In this document: piece by piece, positions 32,533-43,110 of the stretch | Layout: each line of letters begins with the position of its first letter | Position numbering within the stretch: position 1 is the stretch's first letter | From: Halocafeteria seosinensis | Taxonomy: Eukaryota | Length of the DNA: 56,481 nucleotides | Reading direction: 5' to 3' | NCBI GenBank assembly: GCA_001687465.1 | Contig: LVLI01000215.1 | Location: 1 to 56,481 of the forward strand | Program-made: the position numbers and the translations under genes | The notes under the pieces: model-generated | Database searches by the model: none | What the model was told of the DNA's origin: nothing | What the model saw: only the letters and a program-made list of their open reading frames with translations

Positions 32533-35500
32533 TGCCGGGTTTGTCTTACTGGGTTTGTTCCCGCAAGCAATCGAACCACATGCGTGCGATGTGGCACTGG
32601 GGAGGTGGCCGGTGAAACGAATGTACAGTCCAACAAATGCCAAGCCAATGAAATTTCCGATAGCAACCGAGGAGAATGTAATAGTTGTGGTAAAGGAAAA
32701 GTACCAAATGAAGACCAAACACTTTGTACCGAATGTCCATCTACCCAGGTGGCAAGCGAGGAGGATGCCACTTGCCAACCGTGTGGTCCGGGCAAGGTAC
32801 CCGACGGCAACAATGAGGTGTGTATTACCTGCGGTGTAGGTAGAAAGCCACATGAAGACGGAGATAAATGTCAGAATTGTCCAGTGTATTCGTATGCCGA
32901 GGACGGTGATGTCACTTGTACAAGCTGTGGTGTGGGAAAGATTCCCAAGGGTGACCAAAGTGGGTGTGATGTGTGCCCATTACATCAATACTCGGGAGAA
33001 TTTCAAACTACCTGTCAGAACTGCAATCCGGGAAATATACCGACTGTTGATCAATCGGCCTGTAGCGTCTGTGCTGCCCATGAGGTAGCGACAACGGGAG
33101 ATACATCGTGTAAATCATGTGCGGACAATGAAGTCCCTGATGATGAGAATGAATTCTGTGTCGTTTGTGGAAATGGGGAAGCTCCAAGTGAAGATCGAAC
33201 GAGTTGTGTAGCCTGTGCTGAACACGAATATTCCGGAACCGATGACAGTGAATGTCGGAGTTGTGGTGCGGGAAAGATTCCAACTGGGAACCAGGATGGG
33301 TGCATATCTTGCGAACAGTATGAGGTTTCCCGCGAGCAGGAAACATCCTGTCGAATTTGTCCGACTGGGTTTGTGCCCGCTTCTAATCGATCAGCATGTG
33401 TGGAATGTGGTACCGGTAAGGTGGCTGGTGAGACCGACGTATTTTGTCGAAAATGCGAAGCCAACGAGATTTCGGATAGCAACAAAGAACGATGTATTAG
33501 TTGTGGAAAAGGCAAAGTACCTAATGAAGACCAAACACTTTGTGTAGATTGTCCGTCAACGGAAGTGGCTACCAAAGAGGATTCCACTTGCAAGCCGTGT
33601 GAGCTTGGCAAAATCCCGGACAGCAGTAACGAGCTGTGTATCACGTGTGGCGCAGGGAGAATCCCACATGAAGATGGAGACAAATGTGAGGAGTGCGCGG
33701 CCTATTCTTATGCTGAGGATGGAGATGTCAGTTGTACTGCTTGTGGGATTGGCCATATTCCCAACAGTGGTCAGAGTGATTGCGACGCATGTCCATCACA
33801 CCAGTATTCCGGCGAATTTGACCCCACATGCCAGAGTTGTACCACAGGACGTGTACCGAATGGCGACCAGTCGGCTTGCACTGCTTGTGCTGACGACGAG
33901 GTGGCGACAGTAGGTGATACATCGTGTAAAGCATGTGCTGCCAATGAGGTACCTGATGATAAAAATGAATTTTGCGTTGCTTGTGGGAATGGGAACGCTC
34001 CGAATGAGGATGGCACCAGTTGTGAGGTCTGTGCAGAACATGAATACGCAGGAACCGATGACAGTGAATGTCGCAGTTGTGGGGAGGGGAAGATTTCGAA
34101 TGAGGACCAGTCCGGGTGCATATCGTGCGAGCCATATGAAGTTTCCGAAAATGAAGAGACTTCCTGTCGGATTTGTTATACGGGGTTGATTCCCGCTAGT
34201 AATCGTTCCACATGTATTCAATGCGGGAGAGGGGAGGTGGCCATGGTCACCGATATAATATGCCATTCATGTGACGCCAATGAGATCGTTGACGACAACA
34301 AAGAGGAGTGTGTACGTTGTGGGACAGGTAAGGTACCAAATGGGGATCACACGATTTGTATGCACTGCCCGGTGGACGAGGTGGCTTCGGAACAAGATTT
34401 CATTTGCCACCGCTGTGCTCCGGGAAAAATACCGGACGACAAAAACGAAATGTGCATTAGTTGCGGCGTGGGCATGATACCGAATGAAGACGGTGACAAA
34501 TGTAAAAAGTGTCCTTCATATTCATATTCTAGGGTAAATGATTTCACTTGTACTGGGTGTGGTGTCGGTCATATTTCGAACAGTGATCAGAGTGACTGTG
34601 AGGCCTGTCCGATGCACCAGTACTCGGGAGAATTCGAGAGTACGTGCGAAAACTGTGACTCAGGAACTGTGCCTAACGGCGATCACTCCGCTTGTACTTT
34701 TTGTGCCGATAACGGGGTAGCGAAATCCGGGAAAGCATGGTGTCGTTTGTGTTCTGCCACAGAGATATCCGATGACGAAAATGAGTCCTGTGTCGCTTGC
34801 GGGGATGGGACAATACCCAGTAAAGATGGTACCAACTGTGAGGCATGTGACGAACACGAATATTCAGGCACAGATGATATCCAGTGTCGGACGTGTGGTG
34901 CTGGCAAGGTACCCAATAAGAATCGGAATGGTTGCACATTCTGTAAACCGTACGAAGTCTCCGGTATTGATGATGCATATTGTCGGAGCTGTCGTAACGG
35001 ATTCGTTCCCGCTGCAAATCGATCAACATGTGTCCAATGTGGTATTGCGGAGGTAGCCAGTGAGTTTAACGTATTTTGTCGAAAGTGTAAAGCCAACGAG
35101 GTTACTGTTAGCAACCAGGAAGAGTGTATAAGTTGTGGTGGGGGTGCTGTACCGAACGGGGACCAGACAGCATGTATGGAATGCTCCTCTAACGAGATAG
35201 CAACCGTCACTGACGCAACCTGCAAACTGTGCAAGCCAGGAACGATTCCCGACGAAGCCAAGAAGTTCTGTATCCCTTGTGGGGAAGGAAGTATACCGCA
35301 TGATGGTGGTGATAAATGCGAGGAGTGCGCTGCCCATACATATGCAAGGGAGAATGACGATACATGCGAGGAGTGTGGAGAGGGACGCATTCCTAATGCT
35401 GGACGTGATGGGTGCGTTGTTTGTCCAAGGCATCAGTACTCGCAAGCTGAGGAATCAATTTGCAGCAGGTGTGGCCGTGGAAGGGTACCCAACGATAACC

Positions 35501-38500
35501 AGTCTGCATGTACAGAATGCACAGACAACCAAGTTGCGACAAGCAATGATGCAATATGCCGGTTCTGTGAAAATACCGAAGTACCAGATACGAACAATGA
35601 GTTTTGTGTACGCTGTGGGCCAGGAAGAGTCCCCAATGAGGATGGGGCTGCATGCGTCGCCTGTGCAGAGCATGAGTATGCGTCCATGTACGACGCAGAA
35701 TGTAGGAAATGTGGCCGTGGTAGGGTTCCAACCCCAAAACAGGATGGGTGCCTCGCTTGCGATGCTTATAAGGCATCTGGGAATGAGGATGCTTCGTGCA
35801 AAGTATGTGGTTTAGGCTCCGTACCCTCTGTAGACCGATCAACTTGCGAGGCATGTCAAGCTGGAAAGGTGGCAGGTGTGGCTGATGTTTTTTGCCGTTC
35901 TTGCAACGGTAATGAAATAACGGACTTTAACAACGGGAAGTGCAAACCTTGCGGTCCCGGAATGGTTCCTAATGCAGATCAGTCGAGTTGCACTTTGTGT
36001 CCGTCGAACCAGGCAGCGAGACTATGGGATGCAACTTGTAAACCATGCAATTCAGGGAAAGTACCTGACGCGAAGAACGAAGTATGTATTAGCTGCGGCT
36101 CAGGAAAGATACCAAATAATGATGGGGATAAATGCGAACATTGCGCACCGCACATGTACGCTGACGAAAATGATGCTGAGTGCAAGATGTGCGGGGTTGG
36201 AAAAATACCCAATGCTGACCAAGATGGTTGTACAAGCTGCCCTGCGCATATGGTGGCTTCAAGTGGTGACAGTATATGTAACCTCTGCGGGCCGGGAATG
36301 ATACCGGATCAGAACCAAGCTGCCTGCAAATCATGCGATGTGGGGAAGGTCGCGAGAGACGAAGATGGCTTCTGTCGATCATGTGAGCTGTGGGAGATTG
36401 CAAACAGTAACGCGGAAGAATGTGTTACTTGTGCGCCTGGATCGGTTCCTAATGCCAATCAATCTACATGCGTTGCTTGTAGCGCTGATGAAGTGGCAGA
36501 GCCGGGTGATGCGCTATGTCGATCATGTGATGGGGCCACTGTACCAGATAGGAGGTATGAAAAGTGTACCACCTGTGGTCCAGGAAAGGCTCCCAATGAT
36601 GATCATACAGACTGCACTATTTGCAAGAGCAATGAAGTTGCCAGTACAGGTGATTCGACGTGCAGACTATGTCAAGGTGGTACAATACCTGATGATAAAC
36701 ATGAGACGTGTATAAATTGCGGTCCTGGTACGATACCGAACGAAAATGGGAACAAGTGTATATCTTGCTCTTCCGCAACGTACGCGTCAGGGAACGATGA
36801 TACATGCAACAGCTGTGGAGTGGGCAAAGTGCCGAATTCGAGGCAAGATGGATGCAAAAGGTGCCCTGCACATCATGTAGCTGGAATGGATGACGATGTC
36901 TGCAAAACCTGTGGTCCAGGAAAAGTCCCGTCCAACAACCAGTCGATTTGTGTCCGATGTGCAGATGGATTTGTTGCAGCTGATGAAGACGCTTCATGTC
37001 GCTCCTGTGAGCCGAACGAGATCCATGACAGCAACCAAGAAGCGTGTATCAGCTGCAGTGGTGGAACGGTGCCAAATGAGGACCAATCTGGTTGCAAGGA
37101 ATGTGAGGATGATGAAGTGGGCTCACCAGAAGACGCATTATGCCGACGCTGCGAAGATGGAACGGTGCCAGATGACAGTCGAGAAGTGTGTGTCAGCTGT
37201 GGTCCAGGAAAGGTGCCCAAGCTTACGGGTGATAGTTGTGAGCCATGTACTCCCTATGAATATGCGGCGAATAGTGCAGCATTATGTGCATTGTGCGGAC
37301 CCGGCTCAGTTCCCAATACTGCCGGCGATGGTTGCCAAAGTTGCCGTGCCTACGAAGTAGCTAGCACGAAGGATGACATATGTCGGAGCTGTGGACTTGG
37401 TATGGTACCTAATGCAAATCAATCCAGCTGCGAACACTGCGGCGCGGGTGAAGTGGCTGGAAGTGAAGATGGATTGTGTCACCGCTGTGATGCCGGTAAA
37501 GTTACTGATAGCAAGCACGAGCACTGTGTAGATTGTGGTCCCGGCAAAATCCCAAACACTAACCAATCGACTTGTGTTGAATGTGAATCCAACAAAATTG
37601 CGACTTCAGGGGATGCAACGTGCCGATCGTGCGATTCTGGTCAAGTACCAAACAGCAAGCAGGATTCTTGCGAAAGTTGTGGGCCGGGAAGAGTGCCAAA
37701 CGTAGCAGGAGACCAATGCAGCACATGCGCAAAGCATGAGTATGCTACGGAGGAAGATGCCGATTGCAAAATATGTGGAGTTGGTAAGGTACCAAATGCA
37801 GAACAGGATGGGTGTACCAGTTGTCCGCTACCCCAAGTGGCTGATTTTGAAGATGACGTTTGCCAAAGCTGTCCTCCGGGGCATGTACCCGCTGAAAATC
37901 AATCTTTGTGTATAAGATGTGAGAATGGTTTCGTTGCTGGTATCGACGATAGTTCATGTCAGTCGTGCGAAGCGAATGAGATTTCGGATGGCAACCATGA
38001 GATATGCGTTAGCTGTGGTGCAGGAATGGTACCGGACGAGGACCAATCCAACTGCAAATCGTGCGACGATAATGAAGTTGCTGCTCCAGAAAATTCGTCC
38101 TGCCAGGCCTGTGGACCGGGCGAAGTTCCCGATAGCAAACAAGAAGCTTGCATCATCTGCGGTGCCGGTACTGTGCCTAATGCGAATGGTGATAGGTGCA
38201 CAACGTGTAGCGGGCACGAATATGCCGCCATCGGAGATGATGAGTGTAAATTTTGTGGTCCTGGTAGCGTTCCGAACGCTAAGCATGACAGCTGCACCAG
38301 CTGTGAGGCCCATGAAGTTGCGGGGCTTGTTGATGATATATGTCAAAGCTGCGGTCCTGGAACAAGACCCAATTATGATAAATCCACCTGCCTAACATGC
38401 GATGTTGGTCACATCTCGGGTTCCGAAGAAGATATATGTCGTTTGTGCGATCCCGGCATGGTCCCCGATTTCAAGCAGGAACAGTGTATCAAGTGTGTCA

Positions 38501-41500
38501 AAGGACATACACCCACCAATAACCAGTCGACCTGCATTCCTTGCGCCGCCAATGAGGTAGCAAGATCCGGGGACCCAGCGTGCCAAGTATGCGCGCCCAA
38601 TGAGATTCCGAATAGTCTGCACGAGATGTGTGTAAGCTGCGAAGCGGGAAACGTTCCAAACACTGCCGGGGACCAGTGCGAATCTTGCCCTTCATACTTA
38701 TATGCCACGGCAAGTGATGCTGAATGCCGAGAATGTGAGCCTGGCGCTGTCCCTACGAGGGAACAGGATGGGTGTACGAGTTGCCAGGCTCATGAGGTAG
38801 CTGGTCGTCAACATGACGTATGTCAATCATGTGGCCCGGGACGAATCCCTGATGCGAGTCGGTCGAGTTGTGTGAAGTGTGATGCTTGGATGGTCGCGCG
38901 AAACGAGGATATTTCCTGTCGGCTATGTCAGCCTGATCAGATCCCAGATAGTAACCAAAGAATATGCATTAGCTGTGGAGCAGGGAGTGTATCTGCCGCT
39001 AATCAAACGATGTGCACTCGGTGTGCGCCAAATGAGGTGGCCTCATCAGACTCGTCGTTTTGCCGCGCGTGCGGTACGGGCAAAGTGCCAGATGATAAAC
39101 AAGAAATGTGCATAAGGTGCGGGTCCGGGAAAATACCTGACGCTAGTGGACGCACCTGCATATCCTGTGGACCACACCAGTATGCGACAACCAGGGACCT
39201 GGAGTGCAATTTGTGTATGCCGGGAAAAGTACCAAACGCTGGTAGAGATCGGTGCACTAGCTGCAAGGCATATGAAGTTGCTGGATCAGATGATGATATC
39301 TGTCAGACGTGTGGGTCAGGTAGGATGCCCAATGCTAACCATTCTGCCTGTCTAACATGCGGCGTTGGTCACATCTCTGGCCCGGAAGAAGCAGTATGTC
39401 ACATGTGTGAACCTGGCAAGGTCCCCGATTTCAAGCAGGAATACTGTCTCAGCTGTGCGCCAGGACAAGCACCCAACCACAATCAGTCGACCTGCATTCC
39501 TTGTGGCGCCAATCAGGCAGCAAGGTCAGGGGACGCGTCGTGTCATTCATGTGCTCCGTATGAGATTCCTGACGCTCCGCACGAGACTTGTGTAAACTGC
39601 GGAGCAGGAAAAGTGCCAAACAATGACGGCGACCATTGCGAATCGTGCCCCGCTCACTTATATGCCACGACAAATGATGCTGAATGCCGAGAATGTGAGT
39701 CTGGCACTGTCCCTACGAAGGAACAAGGTGGATGTACGAGTTGCCAGGCTCATGAGGTAGCTGGCCCTCAAGATGACGTATGTCGATCATGTGGTGCAGG
39801 ACAAATACCGAACGCTGATCAGTCCAGTTGTGTACGGTGCGATGTTGGTTTGGTTGCGGCGAGGGAAGATGTTTCCTGTCGGTCCTGCGAGTTGAACGAG
39901 GTCGCAGATAGTAACCAAGAAATGTGCATCAGCTGTAGGACTGGCAGCGTCCCTATTGCAAACCATTCCGTTTGTACTCGATGTGCTGTGAATGAGGTCG
40001 CCACCACACAAGATGCCTCGTGCCGACCCTGCGGTGCTGGAAAAATTCCCGATGACAAGCAAGAGGTTTGTATTGGCTGTGGAGCAGGCAGAACGCCTGA
40101 TCCTATTGGAGCAGTGTGCGTGTCTTGTGCCCCACATGAATATTCTCGACAAAATGATCAGGAATGCATCTTATGTGGGCCGGGACGAGTCCCCACCGCT
40201 ACCCAAGACGGATGTGAGCCCTGTCCAAGGTCTCACGTTTCTGGTTCAGACGAAGACGTGTGCACGAGTTGTACCTTTGGGATGATTCCTAACGCTAAAC
40301 ACTTTGCATGCATGAACTGCTCTGACAATCAGGCAGCCGGGATAGGCGACGAACAATGCAAAACTTGTGGACGTGGCAAAATGCCGGATGCAAACAGAGA
40401 GCATTGTGTGAGGTGTCCAGATGGTGAAGTTGCGACTATTGAAGCATCCACGTGCCAACGGTGCGGCCCTGGACAAGTCCCAAACCCCGATAAGGATGAG
40501 TGCCGAATCTGCAGTGTAGGACAGTATGCTTCGTATTTTGACACTGTTTGCCACGCTTGTGAGAATGGCATGGTCCCGTCGGAAGACCGAAGTAGTTGTG
40601 TGGTATGTCCTCCATATGCCGTTGCGTCTTCAAAAGACACACAGTGTACCATTTGTGGTTACGGAAGCACCCCAAATGAAGAGCGTGACGGCTGTATTCC
40701 ATGCGCGTCGCACGAGGTCTCCGGGTCCGAGGACCATACCTGCAGGAGCTGTGGACCTGGAAAAATCCCTAGCGCTACACAAGGCACATGCATATTCTGT
40801 GCTCCGCATCAATTCTCATTGTCCACTGATTCCATGTGTACTACCTGCGGAAATGGAGAAATCCCTACAACAAAAGGTGATGGTTGCGAGCCCTGTTTGA
40901 AATTTCAGGTTGCGTCAGATCTAAGTTCTCGCTGTGAGACATGTCCCTTGGGTATGGTTCCTGATCCATTTCAAAGAGAATGCACCAATTGCACTAGTTA
41001 CCAGATTGCTACCAAGTTTGATACGGAATGCCGCAGTTGTGGAAATGGAATGATACCGACGCTAGATCGAGGCACTTGCCAACGCTGTCCAGCTCATGAG
41101 TTTGCTGCAGATGGAGACGTGGTGTGCCAGCAATGCGGAGCTGGAGAGGTTCCTAGTAGTGAGCGAAATGTGTGCATTCGTTGCGCAAGCTTCCAATTCG
41201 CCACAGCATCCGATAGTACGTGTCAGATTTGCGGTGCTGGAGAAATACCAACCGCAAGTCAAGACGGCTGTCAGAAATGCTCGCTGAATCAATTTGCTAC
41301 CGAGGCAGATGATCAATGTCAGTATTGTGGTGCAGGTAAGATTCCGAACGAGAGTCACGATGGATGCAATGATTGCCCTGCCTTCGAGTACGCAAAAGGT
41401 CTCGATGTTGAATGTCAACCTTGCGTACCCGGCCAAGTCCCTAATGCAGCTCAGGATGGTTGTACAAATTGTTCTTCTCATGAAATTGCAACTCTCCAAG

Positions 41501-43110
41501 ATTCTGAATGTATATCCTGTGGCACAGGAAAGATACCAAATGCTGCACAGGATGAATGCCTGTCTTGCAGTCCCAAGAAAGTATCTGCGGATACTGACAG
41601 TGAATGTCATCCCTGTGGTGGAGGGGCTGTACCAGATTTTATCAGTGGCTTCTGTGACACATGTCCTCCTCATATGTTTGCAAGTGAGTCAGACACCGAG
41701 TGTCAATACTGCGGGTATGGAAGGGTCCCCAACGAAGATCAAAGTGATTGCGAGGATTGCCTCGACCGCGAGATCGCGACGAGAAACGATTCAACATGTC
41801 ACGTCTGTAACGGCGGAGAGATTCCTAATCCTGGAAAGAATGGATGTACCGCTTGCCCCGATTTCGAAGTCGCTGACGATAACGATGTTTCTTGCCAACC
41901 GTGCGGTGTAGGAACAGTTCCACGTTTAGACAGAAAGGCCTGTATAGAGTGCCCTGTATATCAGTTCGCGACACTGACAGACGTTGCTTGTCAGATTTGT
42001 GGGGTTGGACGCATCCCATCCAATTCCCAAGACGGCTGTTTCACTTGCCCGGAGAATGAAGTTGCAACGGAGCAATCGTCCGAATGCTCCCCGTGCGCTG
42101 GCGGCACTATCCCTAACCGGAACCAGTCGACATGCATACCTTGCGAGCCGTTCGAAATAGCAGGAGCCAACGACACTACCTGCCACTCATGCGGGGAGGG
42201 CTACGTTCCTGCCGATTCCCGAAGCCGTTGTGAGAAGTGTCCCTCTGGGTCAACTGCTTCCTTTGGCGACGCGACTTGCCATTCGGTGGTAAGTAGCGCA
42301 GCCGCCCCAAATATTGGAAAGATCGCCACCTCATTTGGTCTCCCTAGTGTCTTAGGAGTTGCGCTCATAGCGCTGCTTGTGTTGGTCTCTTTTCGTCGAC
42401 GACGAAATGCTGAAAAAGCGTGTAAGGTGAATGACACTAAAGTTATCTACGCACAGCAATTGGGGGTACCACTCAAAGTTTCCAAGTTTTTTACTGACGA
42501 TGAAGATATACCAAGGCTCCATCGACAAGGTGTCGTATCATATGGAGATGCTGACGAGGGCTTCACAGAAGACTCCGTACGTAATATTAATCCAATTATT
42601 GAAGAGTCGTCGAGTAAGTCTATGGTGACCTTCGTTGAGTTTGAAAACACTGAGATTGTAAGGAGGAATGCCTGGTCCATTGTTTCACTGGACCCACCGA
42701 TTCTTGACCATTCCACGCACGAGAACGAGATTCAAGTAACTAGCATCGACCAGATTGAAAAGGCCCGCCTCTCAGTGGCGCGAAGAACACGTTTGACCCT
42801 TCGAAAATGGAAGGCCTGGGTTCTTGGGGACGTGTCGCCACTTGTCTGCATTACTGTCTTTCCACCCCGAATACGAGATCGGAAATCACCCTTTTCAAGG
42901 GAGGATTCATTCGACTTCGACTGTAAGCTGGATGCAGAAGGGGAAGCCCCTGTTTCCGCAATGAAAATGATCAAAGGCAACAGCAAGCGACAATTTAAGC
43001 AGGTTAGATTGGATGACCTCGAGAGAATCAATGGCTTTTGTCGGAAAGCATACCATCCTGATGGTGTTCAAGTGTCACTAAAAGCCAAGCACGGACCGCA
43101 GAAAAAGTGA
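32533..43110 (+). CDS. Giant Cys-rich repeat (GCC2/GCC3- or furin/VSP-like) type I membrane protein, ~3525 aa, lacking its N-terminus
   Basis: Roughly two hundred CxxC units with GxxP(N/D) spacers; TM helix FGLPSVLGVALIALLVLVSF followed by RRRR (~42334-42405); ~240-aa cytoplasmic tail. The frame begins mid-repeat (CRVCLTGFVPASNR) with no ATG or signal peptide. Confidence 0.88.
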   Translation, partial: CRVCLTGFVPASNRTTCVRCGTGEVAGETNVQSNKCQANEISDSNRGECNSCGKGKVPNEDQTLCTECPSTQVASEEDATCQPCGPGKVPDGNNEVCITCGVGRKPHEDGDKCQNCPVYSYAEDGDVTCTSCGVGKIPKGDQSGCDVCPLHQYSGEFQTTCQNCNPGNIPTVDQSACSVCAAHEVATTGDTSCKSCADNEVPDDENEFCVVCGNGEAPSEDRTSCVACAEHEYSGTDDSECRSCGAGKIPTGNQDGCISCEQYEVSREQETSCRICPTGFVPASNRSACVECGTGKVAGETDVFCRKCEANEISDSNKERCISCGKGKVPNEDQTLCVDCPSTEVATKEDSTCKPCELGKIPDSSNELCITCGAGRIPHEDGDKCEECAAYSYAEDGDVSCTACGIGHIPNSGQSDCDACPSHQYSGEFDPTCQSCTTGRVPNGDQSACTACADDEVATVGDTSCKACAANEVPDDKNEFCVACGNGNAPNEDGTSCEVCAEHEYAGTDDSECRSCGEGKISNEDQSGCISCEPYEVSENEETSCRICYTGLIPASNRSTCIQCGRGEVAMVTDIICHSCDANEIVDDNKEECVRCGTGKVPNGDHTICMHCPVDEVASEQDFICHRCAPGKIPDDKNEMCISCGVGMIPNEDGDKCKKCPSYSYSRVNDFTCTGCGVGHISNSDQSDCEACPMHQYSGEFESTCENCDSGTVPNGDHSACTFCADNGVAKSGKAWCRLCSATEISDDENESCVACGDGTIPSKDGTNCEACDEHEYSGTDDIQCRTCGAGKVPNKNRNGCTFCKPYEVSGIDDAYCRSCRNGFVPAANRSTCVQCGIAEVASEFNVFCRKCKANEVTVSNQEECISCGGGAVPNGDQTACMECSSNEIATVTDATCKLCKPGTIPDEAKKFCIPCGEGSIPHDGGDKCEECAAHTYARENDDTCEECGEGRIPNAGRDGCVVCPRHQYSQAEESICSRCGRGRVPNDNQSACTECTDNQVATSNDAICRFCENTEVPDTNNEFCVRCGPGRVPNEDGAACVACAEHEYASMYDAECRKCGRGRVPTPKQDGCLACDAYKASGNEDASCKVCGLGSVPSVDRSTCEACQAGKVAGVADVFCRSCNGNEITDFNNGKCKPCGPGMVPNADQSSCTLCPSNQAARLWDATCKPCNSGKVPDAKNEVCISCGSGKIPNNDGDKCEHCAPHMYADENDAECKMCGVGKIPNADQDGCTSCPAHMVASSGDSICNLCGPGMIPDQNQAACKSCDVGKVARDEDGFCRSCELWEIANSNAEECVTCAPGSVPNANQSTCVACSADEVAEPGDALCRSCDGATVPDRRYEKCTTCGPGKAPNDDHTDCTICKSNEVASTGDSTCRLCQGGTIPDDKHETCINCGPGTIPNENGNKCISCSSATYASGNDDTCNSCGVGKVPNSRQDGCKRCPAHHVAGMDDDVCKTCGPGKVPSNNQSICVRCADGFVAADEDASCRSCEPNEIHDSNQEACISCSGGTVPNEDQSGCKECEDDEVGSPEDALCRRCEDGTVPDDSREVCVSCGPGKVPKLTGDSCEPCTPYEYAANSAALCALCGPGSVPNTAGDGCQSCRAYEVASTKDDICRSCGLGMVPNANQSSCEHCGAGEVAGSEDGLCHRCDAGKVTDSKHEHCVDCGPGKIPNTNQSTCVECESNKIATSGDATCRSCDSGQVPNSKQDSCESCGPGRVPNVAGDQCSTCAKHEYATEEDADCKICGVGKVPNAEQDGCTSCPLPQVADFEDDVCQSCPPGHVPAENQSLCIRCENGFVAGIDDSSCQSCEANEISDGNHEICVSCGAGMVPDEDQSNCKSCDDNEVAAPENSSCQACGPGEVPDSKQEACIICGAGTVPNANGDRCTTCSGHEYAAIGDDECKFCGPGSVPNAKHDSCTSCEAHEVAGLVDDICQSCGPGTRPNYDKSTCLTCDVGHISGSEEDICRLCDPGMVPDFKQEQCIKCVKGHTPTNNQSTCIPCAANEVARSGDPACQVCAPNEIPNSLHEMCVSCEAGNVPNTAGDQCESCPSYLYATASDAECRECEPGAVPTREQDGCTSCQAHEVAGRQHDVCQSCGPGRIPDASRSSCVKCDAWMVARNEDISCRLCQPDQIPDSNQRICISCGAGSVSAANQTMCTRCAPNEVASSDSSFCRACGTGKVPDDKQEMCIRCGSGKIPDASGRTCISCGPHQYATTRDLECNLCMPGKVPNAGRDRCTSCKAYEVAGSDDDICQTCGSGRMPNANHSACLTCGVGHISGPEEAVCHMCEPGKVPDFKQEYCLSCAPGQAPNHNQSTCIPCGANQAARSGDASCHSCAPYEIPDAPHETCVNCGAGKVPNNDGDHCESCPAHLYATTNDAECRECESGTVPTKEQGGCTSCQAHEVAGPQDDVCRSCGAGQIPNADQSSCVRCDVGLVAAREDVSCRSCELNEVADSNQEMCISCRTGSVPIANHSVCTRCAVNEVATTQDASCRPCGAGKIPDDKQEVCIGCGAGRTPDPIGAVCVSCAPHEYSRQNDQECILCGPGRVPTATQDGCEPCPRSHVSGSDEDVCTSCTFGMIPNAKHFACMNCSDNQAAGIGDEQCKTCGRGKMPDANREHCVRCPDGEVATIEASTCQRCGPGQVPNPDKDECRICSVGQYASYFDTVCHACENGMVPSEDRSSCVVCPPYAVASSKDTQCTICGYGSTPNEERDGCIPCASHEVSGSEDHTCRSCGPGKIPSATQGTCIFCAPHQFSLSTDSMCTTCGNGEIPTTKGDGCEPCLKFQVASDLSSRCETCPLGMVPDPFQRECTNCTSYQIATKFDTECRSCGNGMIPTLDRGTCQRCPAHEFAADGDVVCQQCGAGEVPSSERNVCIRCASFQFATASDSTCQICGAGEIPTASQDGCQKCSLNQFATEADDQCQYCGAGKIPNESHDGCNDCPAFEYAKGLDVECQPCVPGQVPNAAQDGCTNCSSHEIATLQDSECISCGTGKIPNAAQDECLSCSPKKVSADTDSECHPCGGGAVPDFISGFCDTCPPHMFASESDTECQYCGYGRVPNEDQSDCEDCLDREIATRNDSTCHVCNGGEIPNPGKNGCTACPDFEVADDNDVSCQPCGVGTVPRLDRKACIECPVYQFATLTDVACQICGVGRIPSNSQDGCFTCPENEVATEQSSECSPCAGGTIPNRNQSTCIPCEPFEIAGANDTTCHSCGEGYVPADSRSRCEKCPSGSTASFGDATCHSVVSSAAAPNIGKIATSFGLPSVLGVALIALLVLVSFRRRRNAEKACKVNDTKVIYAQQLGVPLKVSKFFTDDEDIPRLHRQGVVSYGDADEGFTEDSVRNINPIIEESSSKSMVTFVEFENTEIVRRNAWSIVSLDPPILDHSTHENEIQVTSIDQIEKARLSVARRTRLTLRKWKAWVLGDVSPLVCITVFPPRIRDRKSPFSREDSFDFDCKLDAEGEAPVSAMKMIKGNSKRQFKQVRLDDLERINGFCRKAYHPDGVQVSLKAKHGPQKK

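Noticed and set aside
32584..32586. GTG start assigned to the 3508-aa ORF (likewise TTG/GTG starts at 622, 2143, 19712)
   Set aside because: Eukaryotic locus: these are internal codons of spliced or truncated genes.
32520..43031. Dozens of antisense and alternate-frame ORFs over the giant Cys-rich gene
   Set aside because: Shadows of a repetitive coding sequence with no independent motifs.
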